Part shown: piece by piece, positions 1 through 9,904 of the stretch
Position numbering within the stretch: position 1 is the stretch's first letter
How the letters are laid out: every line of letters begins with the position of its first letter
NCBI RefSeq assembly: GCF_006345805.1
Contig: NW_021831736.1
Coordinates: forward strand, 1 to 35,438
Reading direction: 5' to 3'
DNA from: Octopus sinensis
Taxonomy: Eukaryota
DNA: 35,438 nt
Position numbers and translations under genes: made by a program
Notes under the pieces: model-generated
What the model saw: only the letters and a program-made list of their open reading frames with translations
Told to the model about the DNA's origin: nothing
Database searches by the model: none

Positions 1-209
1 GTCGCAGACTTTTTCTTTTGATATTTTTTTATATTCGTTTTCATCTCTTTGTAGATAAAATAACTTCGGTAGCTCTCCTCCTCTCTCTCTCTCTTATCTT
101 TCTCTCTCTATTATCTTTCTCTCTCTTTCTTTTCTCACTCTCTCTTCTCCTCCTCTTTTTCTCTCGTTCTTATTTTGTTCCCTTTTCTCATTTTGTCTCA
201 CATATTCTC

Positions 210-1031
210 ACACTGACTTACACTCATTCATTCATCCACTCACCAACTCAATCACTCATTCATTTGCTTACTCACTCACTCACTCACTCACTCACTCACT
301 CATTCACTCATTCACTTACTCACTCAACTCATCATTCACTCACTCACTCACTCACTCACTCACTCACTCACTCATTCACTAACTCACTCACTCATTCATT
401 TACTTACTCACTCATTCACTCATTCACTTACTCACTCACTCACTCATTCACTAACTCACTCATTCACTAACTCACTCACTCACTCACTCATTCACTCATT
501 CATTCACTCATTCACTCACTCAGTCACTCAGTCACTCATTCACTCACTATTCCCTCCCTCCCTCCCATCCTCATCCCTCTCTTCATCACTTACTCACTCA
601 CTCACTCATTCACTCACTCACTCACTCACTCATTCACTAACAAACTCACTCACTCACTTACTCATTCACTCACTCATTCACTCACTCAGTCACTCAGTTA
701 CTCATTCATTCACTATTCCCTCCCTCCCATCCTCATCCCTCCCTTCATCACTCACTCACTCACTCACTCACTCACTCATTCATTCACTCACTCATTCACT
801 CACTCACTCACTCACTCACTCACTCACTCACTCACTCACTCACTCATTCACTCACTCAGTCACTCAGTCACTCATTCATTCACTATTCCCTCCCTCCCAC
901 CCTCATCCCTCCCTTTATCACTCACTCACTCACTCACTCACTCACTCACTCACTCATTCCCTTCCCTCTCTCCTTCCCTTACTCACTCACTCACTCACTC
1001 ATTCCCTTCCCTCTCTCCTTCCCTTACTCAC
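210..1031. repeat. (ACTC)n/(TCAC)n microsatellite with embedded ~170-bp higher-order units
   Basis: Continuous CACT/CATT units; the block CAGTCACTCAG...CTATTCCCTCCCTCCCA(T/C)CCTCATCCCT recurs near 520, 690 and 860. Confidence 0.95.
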
Positions 1032-1335
1032 TCAAAGTCTCTGTTTGTTGGTTTGCTTGTTTCTTTCTCTTCATCCACCGATCCGTAGTTGTTACCGTGT
1101 TGAGTCAGGCGGAAAAATAAGGAAGATAGGCTTAAATAGGGGTTGAGATGAAGAGGGTGGTGGTGGTGGAGATAAAAGATAAGAGATAGGGAGAGAAAGA
1201 GGGAAACAAAGATAAAGAAGAGAGAAATGCGGAGAGAAGAGAGAGGCACAGAGAGAGAGAGAGAGAGAGCGAGAGACGGGTAGAGAGAAAGAAGACAACG
1301 CCACAGGTTGACGCTACGCATAGAAGTAAAAGCAA

Positions 1336-1385
1336 TAGTAGTAGTAGTGGTGGTGGTGGTGGTGGTGGTGGTGGTAGAGGCGGCG

Positions 1386-1416
<31 letters not shown>

Positions 1417-1580
1417 TGGTGGTAGAGGCGGTGGTAGTAGTAGTAGTAGTGTTGGTGTTGGTGGTGGTGGTGGTAGAGGCGGTGGCTGCGATAGTAGTAG
1501 TAGTAGTAGTAGTGGTAGTAGTAGTGGCAGTGTTGGCGGCGGTGGTGATAGTAGTAGTGGTTGTTGTTATCGTTGTTGCA
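1336..1580. repeat. (GTA)n/(GTG)n trinucleotide microsatellite
   Basis: Runs of GTA and GTG; source of the poly-V and poly-T ORFs. Confidence 0.95.
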
Positions 1581-1649
1581 GCTGCAATCAACAAGGGCCA
1601 TGAAATTCCCGCTAGGGGGAGGAATACAAGAATTAATAACGGATATTGC

Positions 1650-3190
1650 TATATGTATGTATGTATGTGTGTATGTATGTATGTGTGTATGTATGTATGT
1701 ATGTATGTATGTATGTATGTATGTATGTATGTATGTATGCGTGTGTGTATGTATGTGTGTATGTATGTATGTGTATGTATGTATGTATGTATGTATGTGT
1801 GTGTGTATGTATGTATGTATGTATGTATGTATGTATGTATGTATGTATGTGTGTATGTATGTATGTATGTATGTATGTTTGCATGTATGTATCAAGGTAT
1901 ATATGTATGTATGTACCTATGTATGTATATATGCATGTATGTACATATGTATACATTTCTTCATGTATGTACGTGTGTGTATGTTTGTATGTTTGTACGA
2001 GTGTATGTATTTATGTATGCATTCATTTATACATATATTAGTGAATATGTTTGTATGTCTATACATGTGTTCGTATGCATGTATGTATGTATGTATGTAT
2101 GTATGTATGTATGTACGTACGTACGTATGTATGTATGTATGTATATGTGTATGCATTTATGCATGTATGTGCGTGTATATTTGTATGTATGTACATATGT
2201 ATGACTGCATGCGTGTGTGTATGAATCTAAGTATGAATGTATGTACGCATGTATAAATATGTCTGTATGTATAAATATGTCTCTATATATGAATGCATGT
2301 ATGTAAGTATGTATGTATGTGTGTGTATGCATGCAAGTGCGTATGAATGTCTGCATAATGTATGTATGAATGTATGTATGAGTATATGTATTGTATGTAT
2401 GTGTGTATGTATGCATGCATATATATATATATATTATATATATATATATACACACACACATATATACATGTATGTATGTATGTATGTATGTATGTATATG
2501 TATGTATGTATTGTATGTATGCGTGTGTGTATGTATGTGTGTATGTATGTATGTATGTATGTATGTATGTATGGTGTGTGTATGTATGTATGTAGTATGT
2601 ATGTATGTATGTATGTATGTATGTATGTTGTATGTATGTATGTATGGATGTATGTTTGCATGTATGTATCAAGGTATATATGTATGTATGTACCTATGTA
2701 TGTATATATGCATGTATGTACATATGTATACATTTCTTATGTATGTACGTGTGTGTATGTTGTATGTTTGTACGAGTGTATGTATTTATGTATGCATTCA
2801 TTTATACATATATTAGTGTATATGTTTGTATGTCTATACATGTGTTCGTATGCATGTATGTATGTATGTATGTATGTATGTATGTATGTATGTATGTACG
2901 TATGTATGTATGTATGTATATGTGTATGCATTTATGCATGTATGTGCGTGTATATTTGTATGTATGTACATATGTATGACTGCATGCGTGTGTGTATGAA
3001 TCTAAGTATGAATGTATGTACGCATGTATAAATATGTCTGTATGTATAAATATGTCTCTATATATGAATGCATGTATGTAAGTATGTATGTATGTGTGTG
3101 TATGCATGCAAGTGCGTATGAATGTCTGCATAATGTATGTATGAATGTATGTATGAGTATATGTATTGTATGTATGTGTGTATGTATGCA

Positions 3191-3254
<64 letters not shown>

Positions 3255-3316
3255 TATATACATGTATGTATGTATGTATGTATGTATGTATGTATGTATG
3301 TATGTATGTATGTATC
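1650..3316. repeat. Degenerate (TATG)n microsatellite containing a ~780-bp tandem duplication
   Basis: The landmark GTTTGCATGTATGTATCAAGGTATATATG occurs near 1877 and 2655; the following ~600 bp are nearly identical. Confidence 0.95.
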
Positions 3317-3651
3317 AATGCTTGTATATATGCATGGATGCCTGTTTTTCTCTTTTAATTATTTGAATTCTTCCTACAAGGACGGAGCTGGTTTCTTCGC
3401 CTGAAACAAAGCTTCATCGTTGGAATTTGTATAAAAAAAAATTACACGATAGCTGTTACATGTTGGGCTTTGGAAATGTCTTCCATCTTCGTTGTTTTAC
3501 TTACAATCTGTCATCGGCGAAGGTATTATCTGTATGTATCTAAATCTAGTCATTCCTACAGGTGACATTGTACTAATATATTGTTTTAGCAACAATATAA
3601 TCAGTACGCGGTAGTACCTTCATGATATTTTGGGACAGCTACTGTATATGT

Positions 3652-4038
3652 AACGAGCAGTATCGCCCGGCGTTGCTCGGGTTTGTAAGGGAAATAACTA
3701 TATAAGCATTTTTAGAGAGTTATAGCCAAAAAATAGCAAAAAATGGAAAAAAAATGATGGTAAATTATTTTTAAAATCGTTGACTCATCGTAGACATTTT
3801 TAGAGAGTTACTTCCCTTATGTAATAGCGAAAAAATGCATTAAAATGGAAAAAATGATGGTAAATTTTTTTAAAATCATAGACTCATCGTAGACGCGCGC
3901 TAATACCCAGAAGGGCTCGATATGAATCACGACTATAAGATACCCGGTTTTGGTTAAACTGCACCGCAAAATGTGGGAGTAGTTAGGAATCTAAATCGTA
4001 GGAGACAGACACACAACTTGACTTTTATATATAAAGAT
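3652..4038 (+). mobile_element. Helentron/HINE-like non-autonomous element
   Basis: 5' end GCAGTATCGCCCGGCGTTGCTCGGG, internal ~95-bp direct repeat, 3' end TTTTATATATAAAGAT; these termini resemble DINE-1/Lep1-type elements (recognised from memory). Confidence 0.55.
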
Positions 4039-4221
4039 ATCTTCCATAGAAATGTGTTATGCAAAGTGTTTCTCTTCAAGTTTTCTCGTTGAAGTACGCG
4101 TATCCAGGAGAAAAGTCGCATGAATGAAAGTCTTTGGAATATTCTTTTTAGCCAGCAACATTAAAAATACTGAGTATACATGTAATACCACGATAACAAG
4201 AAAGGTGTTTTGACTCTGTAC

Positions 4222-4578
4222 GTACTCTTTACTCTCTTTTACTCTTTTACTTGTTTCAGTTATTTGACTGTGGCCATGCTGGAGCACCATCTTTAGTCGA
4301 GCAAATCGACACCAGGACTTATTTTTTTGTAAGCCTAATACTTATTCTATCGGTCTGTTTTGCCGAACCGCTAAGTTACGGGGACGTAAACACACCAGCA
4401 TCGGTTGTCAAGTGATGTTGGGGGGTGGGGGACAAACACAGGCACACAAACATATACACACATACATACATATATATATACATATATACGACGGGCTTCT
4501 TTCAGTTTCCGCCTACCAAATCCACTCACAAGGCTTTGGTCGCCCCGAGTCTATAGTAGAAGACACTTGCCCAAGGTG
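4222..4578 (-). mobile_element. SINE family A, 5'-truncated copy, fused to a + strand family A tail at 4581-4660
   Basis: Matches the full copy at 5678-6076 from the TTGGGCAAGTGTCTTC region to the TGAAACAAGTAAAAGAG tail. Confidence 0.85.
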
Positions 4579-4823
4579 TTCTGGGATCGATTTGTTCAAT
4601 TAAAGGCGGTGCCCCAGCATGGCCGCAGTCAAATGACTGAAACAAGTAAAAGAAGAAAAGAATAGTTAGATCTAGTTTCCTCAACTCGGTAATTCTATGT
4701 CTCATCTGCGATCTAAGATACCCATCAGGATTAGGGTGCAGAGTCACCAAAAAATTCTCAACTGAAAGAAAATACAGTCATAATCGGATCCAATGGACGG
4801 CCATATGAAGGCAAGTATAATAT

Positions 4824-5239
4824 TCTTTACTCTTTTACTCTTTTACTTGTTTCAGTCATTTGACTACGGCCATGCTGGAGCATCGCTTTTAGTCGAGCAA
4901 ATCGACTCCGGGACTTATTCTTTGTAAGCCCAGTACTTATTCTATCTGTCTCTTTTGCCGAACCGCTAGGTGACGGGTACATAAACACACAAGCATCGGT
5001 TGTCAAGCAATGCTAGGGGGACAAACACAGACACACAAACATATATACACACACATATATATATATACATATATACGACAGTCTTCTTTCAGTTTCCGTC
5101 TACCAAATCCACTCACAATGCATTGGTCAGCTCGGGGCTATAGCAGAAGACACTTACCCAAGATGCCACGCAATGGGACTGAACCCGGAACCATATGGTT
5201 GGTTAGCAAGCTACTTGCCACACAGCCACTCCTGCGCCT
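4824..5239 (-). mobile_element. SINE family A, full length, tRNA-derived head
   Basis: Reverse complement begins GGCGCAGGAGTGGCTGTGTGG (A box), has a GGTTCAGTCCC B-box-like motif, an internal (TA)/(TG) tract and an AAAGAGT tail. Confidence 0.9.
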
Positions 5240-5362
5240 GTTTACACATATCCATAAAATGGTGCACGGTGTGATTCCTAACAACCCCCAAAACTAGCTT
5301 AATCCTTTAGCATTCAAAGCGGTCATATCTAGCTAATATAGTCTTCCTGTTTTATGTTCAAA

Positions 5363-5593
5363 CCTATTTCTTTACTACCCACAAGGGGGCTAAACACAGA
5401 GAGGACACACAAGGACAGACAAACGGATTAAGTCGATTATATCGACCCCAGTGCGTAACTGGTACTTATTTAATCGACCCCGAAAGGATGAAAGGCAAAG
5501 TAGACCTCGGCGGAATTTGAACTCAGAACGTAACGGCAGACGAAATACAGCTACGCATTTCGTCCGGCGTGCTAACTGTTCTACCAGCTCGCC
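5363..5593 (-). mobile_element. SINE family B, tRNA-derived, ~230 bp (a further fragment at 5600-5670)
   Basis: Head GGCGAGCTGGTAGAAACAGTTAG, B box GAGTTCAAATTCC, conserved core GCCTTTCATCCTTTCGGGGTCGAT, tail GTGGGTAGTAAAGAAATAG. Confidence 0.9.
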
Positions 5594-5677
5594 GATGGAT
5601 GAAAAGGAAAGTCGACCCCTGTGGAATTTGAACTCAGAATGTAAAGACGGACGAAATGCCGCTAAGCATTGTATATA

Positions 5678-6076
5678 GGCGCAGGAGTGGCTGTGTGGTA
5701 AGTAGCTTGCTAACCAACCACATGGTTCCGGGTTCAGTCCCACTGCGTGGCATCTTGGGCAAGTGTCTTCTGCTATAGCCCCGGGCCGACCAATGCCTTG
5801 TGAGTGGATTTGGTAGACGGAAACTGAAAGAAGCCTGTCGTATATATGTATATATATATATATGTATGTGTGTGTTTGTGTGTCTATGTTTGTCCCCCTA
5901 GCATTGCTTGACAACCGATGCTGGTGTGTTTACGTCCCTGTCACTTTGCAGTTCGGCAAAAGAGACCGATAGAATAAGTATTGGGCTTACAAAGAATAAG
6001 TCCCGGGGTCGATTTGCTCGACTAAAGGCGGTGCTGCAGCATGGCCGCAGTCAAATGACTGAAACAAGTAAAAGAG
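5678..6076 (+). mobile_element. SINE family A, full length
   Basis: GGCGCAGGAGTGGCTGTGTGGTAAG (A box), GGGTTCAGTCCC (B box), TTGGGCAAGTGTCTTC, internal microsatellite, tail GACTGAAACAAGTAAAAGAG. Confidence 0.9.
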
Positions 6077-6730
6077 AAAAAAGATAAACGTTTTGTCCTG
6101 CATGTTCAAACCAGTCAGATGCAGCCTCCCACACCTACCCTAGAAGCTACAAGATAATGCATGGTTGATTTAAATCAGTGTGAATAAATAAGCATTACAT
6201 TAGACAGAGTAATCTCAATGCTAAAGGGTTAATGCGAATTTTACGGACGGAGAAAAACTTAAATGCGAACATTGATTTTTCGCTTCATGCCTTAATTTTC
6301 AATTTCAAATAATTCGTGTCACATGAGTGGTACACAGCAGCCCTGCGATTAAAAATATTATAACGAAGCATTTTTAATGCGATCATTATACGTCTTTTAT
6401 ATTATAATGTGTGAAAATATAATATAAGCAAATTTGATTTATTATACAATATCATAATAGAACGTATACCGCGACAGAAAACACAATATTCTCTGTAAGA
6501 GTAATTTTTATCCGTTTTCTGCCATAATGCTAATTCTACTTGAAATTTTCTATTCTGAACACAGCTTAAAATTAGAATGTATTCATGGAAAAGCAGAGCA
6601 GGAAATTAATTCATTCTCGCATTTGTTATGGCTTAATTTTCAATTTGAAACGAAAAATGCGCAACAGCAACTATTGTGTTTTTTCAAAAATATTCCAGTT
6701 TCTGCTACAAATTATAAGATAGAAACTGGA

Positions 6731-6885
6731 CTCTCTCGTTTACTCGTTTACTTGTTTTAGTCATTTGACTGCGGCCATGCTGGAGCACCGCCTTTAATCG
6801 AGCAAATCGACCCCGGGACTTATTCTTTGTAAGCCCAGTACTTATTCTATCGGTCTCTTTTGCCGAACCGCTAGGTGACGGGGAC
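6731..6885 (-). mobile_element. SINE family A, 3' fragment
   Basis: Near-identical to the 3' 150 bp of the other family A copies. Confidence 0.85.
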
Positions 6886-7002
6886 TCTTTACTTTTTTTT
6901 TTAACTGAGTTCGCTTTTTTTTGTTTTTTGTTTGTTTTTGTTACGTTGGTTATTGGCATTAAAAAATAACACACACACACACCACACACACACATATAAT
7001 CT

Positions 7003-7389
7003 TTTCTACTCTAGGCACAAGGCCCGAAATCTTTTGGGAGGTGGCCAGTCGATTAGATCAACCCCAGAACGCAGCTGGTACTTAATCTATCGACCCCGAA
7101 AGGATGAAAGGCAAAGTCGACCTCGGCGGAATTTGAACTCAGAACGTAAGAACAGACGAAATACCTATTTCTTTACTGCTCACAAGGGGCTACACACAGA
7201 GGAGACAAACAAGGACAGACAAACTGATTAAGTCGATTATATCGACCCCAGTACTTATTTAATCGACTCCGAAAGGATGAAAAGCAAAGTTGACCTCGGC
7301 GGAATTTGAACTCAGAACGTAGCGGCAGACGAAATACCGTTTAAGCATTTCGCTCGGCGTGCTAACGTTTCTACCAGCTCGCTGCCTTA
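7003..7389 (-). mobile_element. Two family B-related SINEs: partial variant 7003-7163 and full copy 7164-7389
   Basis: The core GAAAGGATGAAA(G/A)GCAAAGT(C/T)GACCTCGGCGGAATTTGAACTCAGAACG occurs twice. Confidence 0.85.
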
Positions 7390-7401
7390 CACACACACAC
7401 A

Positions 7402-7492
<91 letters not shown>

Positions 7493-7559
7493 GCATTAAT
7501 AATAAGGGAAATGGAGATTTGTATATCGATATTAATGTTTTATACTCTATGGAACCTTT

Positions 7560-7790
7560 GCAGTCCTCGACTGCTCTCGCACGAACGAGAATACTAAAAA
7601 CGAAGCCGACCGTTCTCAAAAAAGTAAAAAGAAAAATGATCCACAATCCTTGTCGATCCCAAAATCTACTCAGTTCGTGCCAGTCATGAGGCCAAACATC
7701 CCTGAAAGTTTCATCCGAATCCATCAGGCGGTTCTTGAGATATTTTGTCCACGGAGAAACAAACAAACACGACTAAAGCGGAGGTAATAA
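7560..7790 (+). mobile_element. Probable non-autonomous DNA/Helentron-type element fragment
   Basis: GAAAGTTTCATCCGAATCC...TTCTTGAGATATT...AAACAAACAAAC...GCGGAGGTAATAA resembles common invertebrate HINE/MITE 3' ends. Confidence 0.45.
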
Positions 7791-7875
7791 AATAAATATA
7801 AAGGTAATGATAGATATATCATAAATGAGTTTTGTGTGTATGAGTGCGTATGGGAGAGAGGAGAAAGAGAGGGGA

Positions 7876-7926
<51 letters not shown>

Positions 7927-8186
7927 AAGGGAATAAAAATAAGATAGGTGTAACGGTAAAAAATAAGAAAAAAAATAAAAGTAAAGGTGATGATATAGGA
8001 TATCCTGGGCCATAATAGATTCACTTGTGAACTATGCCAAAAAGAAGCCTTCTAATATTAATACATAATTCACCGCAATTACTAAATAAACAAAACGAAG
8101 CTTTTTCTAGATGTTGTCATAGGTTTTATCACACCTTTAAATTGTTCCATACAAAACCAACACGCATGACGCATCCACAGTCGTTA

Positions 8187-8235
<49 letters not shown>

Positions 8236-8332
8236 ATATATATATTATGTATGTATGTATGTATGTATGTATGTATGTATGTATGTATGTCCTCGCGTTG
8301 TTTTTTTTTTCTTGCTTGTTCATGTTTGGATT

Positions 8333-8399
<67 letters not shown>

Positions 8400-8400
<1 letters not shown>

Positions 8401-8596
8401 CGGAGATGTACTCGCATAGCAAGTAATTTGATCTGAGATCGTGTGCTGAAACGAAAACAATTGCAGCGTGGAAGGTGTTTATAAGCCATTTAAGAAACAC
8501 ACAAAAGCCGTTCGATTCACTTCAACATTTAAGTTTAATTTGTCAAAATATTTTCGTCGCTAAAATCCGCGACCTGTTCACCGACAAAGTCCGTGC

Positions 8597-8600
<4 letters not shown>
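8400..8600 (-). mobile_element. ~200-bp HHR-bearing cassette flanked by (TA)n on both sides (solo PLE pLTR or retrozyme-like unit)
   Basis: Unique sequence bounded by TA tracts, with an HHR fold at its 5' end on the - strand. Confidence 0.6.
8539..8588 (-). ncRNA. Minimal type I hammerhead ribozyme, G3-C8 variant with an extra G after A9
   Basis: - strand: UUUGUCG | GUGAACA | G | GUCGC-GGAUUUUA-GCGAC | GAAA-AUAU-UU | UGACAAA. Stem I 7 bp, stem II 5 bp, palindromic AAUAUU stem III. Confidence 0.75.
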
Positions 8601-8639
<39 letters not shown>

Positions 8640-8678
8640 GAAAGAAGGTTTGAAAATGCTATTTTAAAAGATGTTTAT

Positions 8679-8723
8679 TTACTTTACCGGTTTCACTCTT
8701 TGGAAAAAGATTGTCAAAAGTAA
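8679..8723 (-). ncRNA. Minimal type I hammerhead ribozyme, U3-A8 variant
   Basis: - strand: UUACUU | UUGACAA | UCUUU-UUCC-AAAGA-GU | GAAA-CCGG-UA | AAGUAA. Stem I 6 bp, palindromic ACCGGU stem III, GUA cleavage triplet; 2 unpaired nt (GU) before G12. Confidence 0.65.
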
Positions 8724-8769
8724 CATGTAGAAGTTTGGTTGCGTTAATTATTGGTTGTTACAAATTGCT

Positions 8770-9187
8770 ACATTACATATATACAGTCTTTGGTAACAAG
8801 GACATGTTAAGGACATAAAAAAGTTTAACAAGTTCCTTAAAATATTGGGCACAAAAGATTACAACATAAATAATCATTCTCAAGAACATGTTTATGATAG
8901 TTTCCAGAGGGAATTATTAAAAAGTTCAGTGGGATATTGGTATTGGTATTGTATCTGTATATTCAAACACGCACAGAATATTGGTTGACACAGAGTACTA
9001 CAATACATATATATACATTCTTTGGTGACTAGAGCATGTTGAGAACATAAAAAAGTTTAACAAGTTCATTGAAATATTGGGCACAAAAGATTACAACAAA
9101 TATATTAAACATTCTCAAGATAATTTCCAGAAGGAATTATTAAAAAGTTCAGTGGAATATTGGTATACACGCACAGAATATTATGAG
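8770..9187. repeat. Imperfect tandem duplication, period ~230 bp
   Basis: AAAGTTTAACAAGTTC...AAATATTGGGCACAAAAGATTACAACA...GAATTATTAAAAAGTTCAGTGG occurs twice. Confidence 0.9.
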
Positions 9188-9347
9188 TTCAAAAAGGTTT
9201 ACATTATAATAGTAGGGAAGCTAAAACTGACCTGTCCACCATGTTAACGTAAAAGGATATTATCTATTTCAAGGGACACTGTAGGTGTGTTTGGGTGGGG
9301 GGATGGAGGATTAATGTGGAACTGAAAAAAATTTATCCTTTTTGTCT

Positions 9348-9568
9348 CTGGCAGAAACGTTAGCATGCCGAGCGAAATGCGTAGCCGTATTTCGTCTGCC
9401 GTTACGTTCTCAATTCTAATTCCGCTGAGGTCGACTTTGCCTTTCATCCCCTCGGGGTCGATAAATAAAGTACCAGTTTCGCACTGGGGTCGATGTAATC
9501 GACTTAATCCGTTTGTCTGTCCTTGTTTGTCCCCTCTGTGTTTAGCCCCTTGTGGGTAGTAAAGAACT
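9348..9568 (+). mobile_element. SINE family B
   Basis: CTGGCAGAAACGTTAGC...GCCTTTCATCCCCTCGGGGTCGATAAA...GTGGGTAGTAAAGAA. Confidence 0.9.
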
Positions 9569-9574
9569 ATATAT

Positions 9575-9605
<31 letters not shown>

Positions 9606-9609
9606 TACA

Positions 9610-9644
<35 letters not shown>

Positions 9645-9770
9645 GTATGTATATGTATATGCATATATATATGCGTGTTTGTGTGTGTGCACGTATGTAA
9701 GTATATATGTGCGATTTATATCTACGCTTATGTGCGTATATGTATGTTTGTATGTGCATGTGTATTTATG

Positions 9771-9838
<68 letters not shown>

Positions 9839-9904
9839 TACTCTCTTCTTTTTCCCTTACCTCTCTATCAACACAAGTATCTTAGAAACCAGTTAGTTTC
9901 AACT

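Larger units (their letters stand above)
5303..6228. mobile_element. piggyBac-type MITE interrupted by nested SINEs
   Basis: TTAA (5299-5302) + TCCTTTAGCATT ... AATGCTAAAGGG + TTAA (6229-6232): 12-bp TIRs with one mismatch and a TTAA target duplication. Confidence 0.75.

Noticed and set aside
18-3404. Long ORFs rich in THS, V, T, MYVC or HTYI
   Set aside because: Translations of ACTC, GTA and TATG microsatellites that lack stop codons.
7371-7766. 131-aa - strand ORF
   Set aside because: Antisense reading of a repeat fragment plus (CA)n.
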